The notes below the pieces were generated by a model. The model ran no database searches and was not told where the DNA came from. It saw only the letters and a list, made by a program, of their open reading frames with translations. A program made the position numbers and the translations under genes. From NCBI GenBank assembly GCA_029564175.1, contig JAKQQL010000044.1:1-15378 (forward strand): DNA of 15,378 nucleotides, written 5' to 3'. Of this stretch, positions 9,263-15,378 are shown piece by piece. The DNA is from Candidatus Cloacimonadota bacterium. GTDB lineage: Bacteria > Cloacimonadota > Cloacimonadia > Cloacimonadales > WRIO01. Position 1 is the stretch's first letter. The number at the start of each line of letters is the position of its first letter.

Positions 9263-10231
9263 ATGAATTTATTTGAACGCTTACAAAAACTGGATCGCCG
9301 CTGGATATTCCTGGTAGTTGCCGTAGCAATTATATTACCTTTAATATTCCCATTCAATTCAAAGACCTATACGACTGATCCAACTGAAAAATTATATCGC
9401 CTGATCGACTCTTATGCACCAGGTCCTCATGAAAAAGCAATCGAAAAAGATAAAGCTGTGTTGATGGTCTTTACTCATGATGCTTCAACCATGCCAGAAT
9501 TATTTCCAATGGAAGTTGCAATTTTAAGACATTGTTTTGAAAGAAAGATTAAAGTGTTTACTATGACCTTTATTCCTTCTGCTGCACCTATTATGGATTA
9601 TGCAATCAATACAGTAAAAGAAGAATTCCCTGAAATTAAATCTGGTGAACACTATGTGAACTTTGGTTATAAAATTGGAGCTTTGGCTTTACCTATCGTT
9701 TTAGGTATGGGTGAAGACATTGCTGAAGCGGTAGATATCGATGCGGAAGGTCGTAAAGTATCCAGCTTACCGATTATGAAAAATGTTAAAAACTATAATG
9801 AAATGAATCTGATTATGGATTTCTCAGGTTCTTCAGCCGGTGGTATGTGGATTACCTATGCCCGTTCAAAATACGGTGCAAACGTTGGTGTTGGTGTAAC
9901 TGCAGTTATGGCAGCTGACGAATATCCTTACCTTCAGACTGGTCAGATTACTGGTATGTTGGCAGGTTTAAAAGGTGCAGCTGAATATGAAAAATTAGTG
10001 GACGTTTTTGCTTCTAACCCTGATCCTGCTAAGAGAGAATTTTCACGTGAATTGCTGAAAGACCCTAAATGGGATGATGCAATTACCAATCAGAATATTC
10101 AATACAAATTTAAACAAGCTCGTATTGGTATGAATGCACAATCAGTTGCCCATATTATGATTATCGTGTTTATCTTAATTGGTAACATTGGTTATTTCAT
10201 CACTAAATACAAACAGAAACAGCAAGGATAA
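9263..10231 (+). CDS. Uncharacterised protein with N- and C-terminal TM helices and an alpha/beta soluble domain, 322 aa
   Basis: TM WIFLVVAVAIILPLIFPF, C-terminal TM IMIIVFILIGNIGYF, motif GQITGMLAGLKGAAEYE. SD AGGAG 9251-9255. Confidence 0.85.
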   Translation: MNLFERLQKLDRRWIFLVVAVAIILPLIFPFNSKTYTTDPTEKLYRLIDSYAPGPHEKAIEKDKAVLMVFTHDASTMPELFPMEVAILRHCFERKIKVFTMTFIPSAAPIMDYAINTVKEEFPEIKSGEHYVNFGYKIGALALPIVLGMGEDIAEAVDIDAEGRKVSSLPIMKNVKNYNEMNLIMDFSGSSAGGMWITYARSKYGANVGVGVTAVMAADEYPYLQTGQITGMLAGLKGAAEYEKLVDVFASNPDPAKREFSRELLKDPKWDDAITNQNIQYKFKQARIGMNAQSVAHIMIIVFILIGNIGYFITKYKQKQQG

Positions 10232-10242
10232 GAGGAGGAAAG

Positions 10243-10842
10243 ATGTTTGAAATAGTAAGTAACTGGGTAGCCGCATTTCTGACTCTGTGTATATTCTCCT
10301 TTCTTTATAAGGATAATCCATTCTACAGATTTGCAGAATATTTATTTGTTGGTGTAACAGCCGGATATACAATTCCATTGACCTGGGAACAGGCATTTAT
10401 CCCTTATGTTTACAGACCATTGTTCTTACAACATAAGTTTGTATTACTTATTCCAGCGATTATTGGTATTCTCTATATCTTTACTTTTAATCGTAAACTC
10501 AACTGGCTTTCCCGTTTCCCAATCGCATTTGGTATGGGTATTGTTGGTATGGGTGTTCCGCTTTCCATGCACGCAAGTGTGTTAGTTCAGATGCACGGTG
10601 CAATGATTCCTATTGAAAACATCAACACTTTGTTGGTTTTCATCGGAACCGTTACCATTCTGCTTTATTTCTACTTTTCCAAAGCACATACAGGCACTTA
10701 TGGCAAAGTCGTGAAAATTGGTATCTGGTATATGATGATCGGCTTCGGCGCTTCATTTGGTTATACCGTGATGGCTCGTATTTCACTCTTAATCGGCCGT
10801 ATTCAGTTCCTTGTAGCTGACGTTCTTCATATTATTAAATAA
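10243..10842 (+). CDS. Uncharacterised polytopic membrane protein, 199 aa (DUF6754-associated)
   Basis: About six hydrophobic segments. Motifs SFLYKDNPFYRFAEYLFVG and MIGFGASFGYTVMARISLLIGR. SD GGAGG 10234-10238. Confidence 0.85.
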   Translation: MFEIVSNWVAAFLTLCIFSFLYKDNPFYRFAEYLFVGVTAGYTIPLTWEQAFIPYVYRPLFLQHKFVLLIPAIIGILYIFTFNRKLNWLSRFPIAFGMGIVGMGVPLSMHASVLVQMHGAMIPIENINTLLVFIGTVTILLYFYFSKAHTGTYGKVVKIGIWYMMIGFGASFGYTVMARISLLIGRIQFLVADVLHIIK

Positions 10843-10847
10843 AGGCT

Positions 10848-10879
10848 CAGGCAGGTTTATCCTGCCTGTCTCCTTTTTT
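10848..10879 (+). terminator. Rho-independent terminator between the four-gene core and paralog 2
   Basis: CAGGCAGG (10848-10855), loop TTTAT, CCTGCCTG (10861-10868), then TCTCC and T6 (10874-10879). AAGG (10842-10845)/CCTT (10872-10875) can extend the stem. Confidence 0.72.
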
Positions 10880-10897
10880 GGAAAGGTAGGCAAAGAA

Positions 10898-13732
10898 ATG
10901 CGTAAATTAATTATTCTTGCGCTTTTAATTAGTTTTAACTTCGTAATTTGGGCTGATAATCCATTAGTTGTCGAAAACTTAAAAGTTTATGATGTCGAAT
11001 ATGACGATGGATCAGGCCTTTTATTAAAGTGGAAACCATTACCAAAAAACAGCCGTATCATCGAATACCGTGTTTATCGTGGTGTTTCAAAAGACAGTTT
11101 GTTTTATCTGGGAAAAATAGATGTCGATCCAACTGTTGGGGTTGTCGGCAATGAAATGCAATTTTTTGATAAAGATTTCAGACCTTTTATCGATATTGAG
11201 TCTCCAGGCCGTGTCAAAAAAGAAAAAGGTCAGTTAAAAGACAGCCCGATTTACAGAGCATTACCTCGTGATGTGAATATCATTGGCCCGCTTTTAACTA
11301 AATTTTCAACCTTAGCAGTTATCAATAAAAATGATTACTACTATCGTACAAAACTGGTAAAACAAGATAAACAAATATTTGCAGGTCTCAAACCTGAAGC
11401 ATTTGAAGGAATCTATGCGAATGTTTTACCAGGAGAGAAATATTATTATACAGTCATTGCTGTTGATGAAAAACGTACTTATCATCCTTATGCACCTATA
11501 GTCAGCGGTGTTGCATATGACAATCCGCCAGCAAAAGTAAGTGATTTATTCGTTAAATTAATCACCGATAAGAATTATCTTCAGTATGAGTTTGAAATGC
11601 CTCTATTTGTCGATGATATTGCTTCTTTTGATCTCTATATGTTGCCAAAGAGTCAGTTAGCTCAGTTTGAACAGTATCAGAAATATCAACAACAATATGA
11701 AGCTTATATCAAATCAGAAACACTTGAACAAAAAAATGTGGTTCAACCTGCTCCGATGACTAATCCTGCAGTCTTACTGAATAGTATTGAGACCTCTTAT
11801 CCTTATCCAACTCCCAATTTTGGAAGACTAACAATTAAGAATAATGAGATAATCAATCCTGTAAATAATGCAAAAATTCCATTTAATCCTGCTCAAATCA
11901 ATGATTATTACTTTATCATTGTTTGTAAAGATTACTACGGAATGGAATCTTTTGAAATTTCCAATCAGGTTAGTTCGATCGTTTCAGGTATGTTACCTGT
12001 TTTACCAAAATTGACTATTAGAGATAAACCTTATGATAAAGGCGATATTGTAGAGTTAATGATTGGTCGTCCTATTGTTTATATTACTCAGGTAAACACA
12101 GCAAAAAATAACAATAAAAAATTGACAATCAACTATGATCTTTTAAAAAATGATCTGTTAAAAGTAAAGAAAGTAAAATTCTCTTTTTATGATTTAAAAG
12201 ATAAGCTAATCGGTGAAGTGACTGAACATTATTTTGACAATATCATTCATTTTGATTTACCACAAGATATTAGTTCAACCAGTTCATTTAAAGTCAAGTT
12301 TTCAATTACAACCAACAATAAAGACATTACAGATGAACCATATCTGACTCATTACATCACTTACAACAAAGATTTGAAACAACTTCAGCCTGATAAACTC
12401 ATGTTAAATGACGAATCACTTATGGATTATCGTTATATCATTCTTAAAAAAGCACAGTCTGATAAGAATTTCCGTATTGCTAAAAGATTAAGCCCTTTAA
12501 TGAATAGTTATGATGACAATGTTGCTTATGAAAGTAGTATATTCAAAGGTGTTAGCTATTACGATGCTAAAAAAAGATTACTTCTTGTAGATTCAAGCAT
12601 CGATTTAGGTTATGATGAAAAACTTCAGACTACGCTTCAAACCAGTCTTTTCCCTGCAGAAATGATTACTGCTTACAAATCTAAGATTGATGAGTTAAAG
12701 GCTAAAAATGATCCTGTCTTACAAGCTGAAATTGATTACTACAGCAATGCGATAAAAATGCAGGAAGAAAATGAACTGCTTAAGCAGGCAAATCAGCTGA
12801 CTGGTAAAAAGAGAATTAAATTTTTACAGAATTACCGTGAGAAAATTAAACGTACCTTTAAATACTATCTGATAAAAACAGATGGTGCTGCTCAATTCGA
12901 TATGACTGAAATTTATGTAGATGAAACTCATAAAGATGGAAGATTTTTCCCAACACCTGACTGGTTTAACAATAAGAATTTACCAATGCTGTTTGCTTCT
13001 CTGATATTCGGATTTCTGGTATTTTACTATATCAACAAATGTCAACGTGGGGAAGACCTTTATGTTCGTCCGATTGCAGGTCTTGAAGAAATTGACAATG
13101 CAATAGGCCGTGCTACTGAAATGGGTCGTCCAATTCTTTTTGTACCAGGTCTTTCCAGTATTGGCGATGTGGCCACTTTAGCCGCTTTATCGATATTGGG
13201 GCATATCACTAAGAAAACTGCTGAATATGATACCAGAATATTAGTGCCTGTGTGTGACTATATTGTGTTACCTATTGCTCAACAAATTGTTAAAGAAGCA
13301 CATTATGAAGCTGGTCGTCCGGATACCTTTGATCCGGGTAATATCTTCTTCGTAGCTGAAGGCCAGTTTGCATATGTGGCAGGTGTTAATGGTGTCATGG
13401 TTCGTGAAAGAACTGCTACTAACTTCTATATGGGTATGTTCTACGCTGAAGCGCTTCTGATGACTGAAACCGGTAATGCGACTGGCGCTGTACAGATTTC
13501 AGGTACTGATGCTTTAACTCAGATTCCTTTCTTTATTACTACTTGTGACTATACACTGATTGGTGAAGAGTTATATGCCGCATCAGCTTATCTGGCAAGA
13601 GAAGCCTTACTGTTAGGTACACTGAAAGCTCAGGATTATACAAAACTGCTCATATTAATCTTTATGACATTAGGAACCATTTTATCTACTTTCCATATTA
13701 ACTTCTTGATTAACTGGTTCCCAACAGAATAA
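10898..13732 (+). CDS. FN3-like ectodomain / DUF6754-like membrane protein (paralog 2 of 5823..8612)
   Basis: Signal peptide MRKLIILALLISFNFVIWA. Alignable by eye with paralog 1 along its length (YDDGSGL..W.PLPK.SRII.YRVYRG; VAYESSIFKGVS; near-identical C-terminal domain). Confidence 0.85.
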   Translation: MRKLIILALLISFNFVIWADNPLVVENLKVYDVEYDDGSGLLLKWKPLPKNSRIIEYRVYRGVSKDSLFYLGKIDVDPTVGVVGNEMQFFDKDFRPFIDIESPGRVKKEKGQLKDSPIYRALPRDVNIIGPLLTKFSTLAVINKNDYYYRTKLVKQDKQIFAGLKPEAFEGIYANVLPGEKYYYTVIAVDEKRTYHPYAPIVSGVAYDNPPAKVSDLFVKLITDKNYLQYEFEMPLFVDDIASFDLYMLPKSQLAQFEQYQKYQQQYEAYIKSETLEQKNVVQPAPMTNPAVLLNSIETSYPYPTPNFGRLTIKNNEIINPVNNAKIPFNPAQINDYYFIIVCKDYYGMESFEISNQVSSIVSGMLPVLPKLTIRDKPYDKGDIVELMIGRPIVYITQVNTAKNNNKKLTINYDLLKNDLLKVKKVKFSFYDLKDKLIGEVTEHYFDNIIHFDLPQDISSTSSFKVKFSITTNNKDITDEPYLTHYITYNKDLKQLQPDKLMLNDESLMDYRYIILKKAQSDKNFRIAKRLSPLMNSYDDNVAYESSIFKGVSYYDAKKRLLLVDSSIDLGYDEKLQTTLQTSLFPAEMITAYKSKIDELKAKNDPVLQAEIDYYSNAIKMQEENELLKQANQLTGKKRIKFLQNYREKIKRTFKYYLIKTDGAAQFDMTEIYVDETHKDGRFFPTPDWFNNKNLPMLFASLIFGFLVFYYINKCQRGEDLYVRPIAGLEEIDNAIGRATEMGRPILFVPGLSSIGDVATLAALSILGHITKKTAEYDTRILVPVCDYIVLPIAQQIVKEAHYEAGRPDTFDPGNIFFVAEGQFAYVAGVNGVMVRERTATNFYMGMFYAEALLMTETGNATGAVQISGTDALTQIPFFITTCDYTLIGEELYAASAYLAREALLLGTLKAQDYTKLLILIFMTLGTILSTFHINFLINWFPTE

Positions 13733-13738
13733 TAATTA

Positions 13739-13847
13739 CCGCAAGCTGTCGAACGAGCGTAGCGCAAGCTACCAGCTTGCGAAAAAGAAAAATCTGCTGG
13801 GAGGCTACAAGAAAGATGCTTGTAGTTCGAAAAGCGACTTCTTGCAG
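13739..13847. mobile_element. Candidate 109-bp MITE / palindromic element
   Basis: Flanked by direct repeat ATAATTA (13732-13738 and 13848-13854). Imperfect terminal IR CCGCAAGCTGTCG / CGACTTCTTGCAG (10/13). Several internal hairpins. Confidence 0.5.
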
Positions 13848-13864
13848 ATAATTATAAAAACTTC

Positions 13865-13898
13865 GAATTGATGGCCGATCCAGGATCGGCCTCAATTC
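13865..13898. repeat. Near-perfect 34-bp palindrome (terminator or REP-like hairpin)
   Basis: GAATTGA-T-GGCCGATCC-A-GGATCGGCC-TCAATTC: 16-bp arms with one bulged T. Confidence 0.75.
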
Positions 13899-13921
13899 CA
13901 TTTAAAAGGAGAGATGTTTAA

Positions 13922-14872
13922 ATGAAAATAAAGTTTTTCCCATTTCAAATAACAATTGAATCTGATATTGACAAAAAAGATGTTATCTTGTTTACTGATC
14001 GTAAAACCGGAATATTATACGAAGAAAACGTACCTGGTAAAAAATCTGTTCATTTTTTATATACTTGTCCTTTAGGAAAAATATTGTTAAAATCTATCTT
14101 TTGTGGAAGACCAATTCAGTATTTACAGGGTTTATTTATGGACATATTTCTTTCCAGATTTCTTATCAAATCTTTTATCCGCAATTATCAGATAGATATG
14201 AATGACTCTCTCTTATCTGAAAATCAGTTTAAAAGCTTCAATGCTTTTTTTACTCGTAAGTTAAAACAAGGATCACGTTTCGTTAATGATGATGATAATA
14301 AGATCATCTCTCCAGCTGATGGTAAAATTTTGGTCTTTGAAAAAGCAGATCAGTCTATGAATTTTTACATTAAAGGTACTTCGTTTGATATAACTGGTTT
14401 TATTGCAGATAAAAAGTTATCAGAACAGTTTGTAAATGCTTCGATGGCGATCATCAGACTGGCTCCGGTTGATTATCATCGTTTTCATTTCCCAGTTTCC
14501 TGTATCCCTTCAAAAAGCGTTTTGATTAAAGGGAAATATTACTCTGTTTCTCCTCTGGCTTTAAGACGAAATATCGAGATTTTTAATCAGAATAAGCGAG
14601 AAATCTGTCTTTTAAAAAGTAAACAGGGTTCAGATATTTTGATGATTGAAGTTGGAGCTACTTTTGTTGGTGGCATTAAACAGACTTATGTTCCAGGTAT
14701 AGAAACTGAGAAGGGAGTGGAAAAAGGGTATTTTAAATTTGGTGGTTCAACTGTTGTACTGCTATTCAAAGAAGATACAATTCAGTTTGATAAAGATTTA
14801 TTGGATAATACCAGAAAAGGATTTGAAACAACCATCAGAATGGGTGAATCTATTGCCAGCTTTGTTGAATAA
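13922..14872 (+). CDS. psd: Phosphatidylserine decarboxylase proenzyme
   Basis: FNAFFTRKLK, SPADG, IRLAPVDYHRFHFP, NKRE, EVGATFVG and the self-cleavage motif GYFKFGGST (GGST at 14741-14752). SD AGGAG 13907-13911. Confidence 0.93.
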   Translation: MKIKFFPFQITIESDIDKKDVILFTDRKTGILYEENVPGKKSVHFLYTCPLGKILLKSIFCGRPIQYLQGLFMDIFLSRFLIKSFIRNYQIDMNDSLLSENQFKSFNAFFTRKLKQGSRFVNDDDNKIISPADGKILVFEKADQSMNFYIKGTSFDITGFIADKKLSEQFVNASMAIIRLAPVDYHRFHFPVSCIPSKSVLIKGKYYSVSPLALRRNIEIFNQNKREICLLKSKQGSDILMIEVGATFVGGIKQTYVPGIETEKGVEKGYFKFGGSTVVLLFKEDTIQFDKDLLDNTRKGFETTIRMGESIASFVE

Positions 14873-14962
14873 GTGTGAAGATCATCCTCTATATATATTA
14901 CCTGGACAGAAACATGGAATCTTGTCTTTTTTTAAAAATTTTTTGAAAATTTATAAAAAATA

Positions 14963-15211
14963 GTATCTACTCAGTTACTAGTTTACACAATAAATGTGTG
15001 TCTGCAAAATGTCATAATGGTCTGTAGCTTGCGTAGTGCAGTACATCCGAAAGACAAAAAGGAAAATACCTTGTTCCGTGTATCATACAGGTATCCTAAG
15101 CGGATTTACGGCGCTTCGCTTCGCAAATCCCTACAAGTGTTTTTCAATTTATCAATTATTGCTCAGCTTATTACCGTATTTTATAAAAACAATCAGTACC
15201 TGAGTAGTTAC
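14963..15211. mobile_element. 249-bp MITE (non-autonomous IS derivative)
   Basis: Terminal IRs GTATCTACTCAGTTACT (14963-14979) and AGTACCTGAGTAGTTAC (15195-15211), 15/17 match. Perfect 8-bp direct repeat AAAAAATA immediately outside both ends (14955-14962, 15212-15219). No transposase. Confidence 0.85.
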
Positions 15212-15378
15212 AAAAAATAAGATTTGTTGAAAAGTATGCAGTTAAGTCCCAAATGTTGGTGTAAAGTTCCAACCCTTTGTTTTCAAAGTAATACAAGATT
15301 TTTTTTCTTATATTTCACTTCTATATTGACTTTGATTACAATTTAAATTTTCTTTAGTCTATTTGTCAAGATCTTTTT

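Noticed and set aside
2076..10396. Short ORFs 2076..2432(-), 2362..2595(-), 4178..4393(-), 5092..5283(+), 6945..7199(-), 8992..9357(-), 10175..10396(-)
   Set aside because: All overlap well-supported long CDSs and show no recognisable motifs, so they are shadow ORFs.
13732..13900. SRP RNA, 6S RNA, tRNA, hammerhead ribozyme or integron attC interpretation
   Set aside because: No SRP helix-8 motif, cloverleaf/T-loop, CUGANGA core or RYYYAAC..GTTRRRY ends. Shorter than a typical 6S RNA and bounded by direct repeats.
13710..13901. 63-aa minus-strand ORF
   Set aside because: Runs through the palindromic element and hairpin and has no motif; best explained as a by-product of the repeat.
250..13925. 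Tiny ORFs between SD and start codon (MLNR* at 250-264, ATG-TAA at 9257-9262, MFK* at 13914-13925)
   Set aside because: Their ATGs are too close to the SD for efficient initiation and are expected by chance in AT-rich DNA.
14926..14960. A/T-only inverted repeats after psd
   Set aside because: Low-complexity sequence with no stable stem.
14739..15220. 74-aa ORFs 14739..14963 and 14996..15220
   Set aside because: The first overlaps psd out of frame. The second lies in the MITE, crosses its right TIR and has no SD or transposase motif.
15326..15369. TTGACT (+, 15326-15331) and TTGACA (-, 15369-15364) as promoters
   Set aside because: The + strand has no -10 at proper spacing. The - strand has only a weak TAAATT in very AT-rich DNA at the window edge, so neither can be supported.
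1..15378. CRISPR array, defence system, prophage, transposase or DGR
   Set aside because: No regularly spaced repeats and no nuclease, integrase, transposase or reverse-transcriptase motifs. The paralog repeats are coding in both copies and their differences are mostly synonymous, not adenine-specific.

Overview
AT-rich bacterial window from a diderm (LPS-producing) organism. The gene content suggests Cloacimonadota, but that is an inference. All credible genes are on the + strand. In order: REP-like hairpins and a basic hypothetical gene; an LPS cluster (kdsC, lipoprotein-type lptC, long LptA/OstA-like gene, no adjacent lptB or kdsD); then a sigma70-promoted operon. The operon starts with a TagB/TagF-like phosphotransferase-TPR fusion, followed by an uncharacterised membrane system: an FN3-ectodomain/DUF6754-like protein, a 208-aa polytopic protein, a 322-aa two-TM protein and a 199-aa polytopic protein. 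A second FN3/DUF6754-like paralog follows an internal terminator, and then psd. The main hunt result is that the four core proteins look like two pairs of distant paralogs, at least one pair with opposite membrane orientation, i.e. a candidate pseudo-symmetric transporter or signalling complex with two exchangeable receptor-bearing subunits. psd is flanked by two non-coding MITE-like elements: 109 bp with a 7-bp direct repeat, and 249 bp with 17-bp TIRs and a perfect 8-bp direct repeat.
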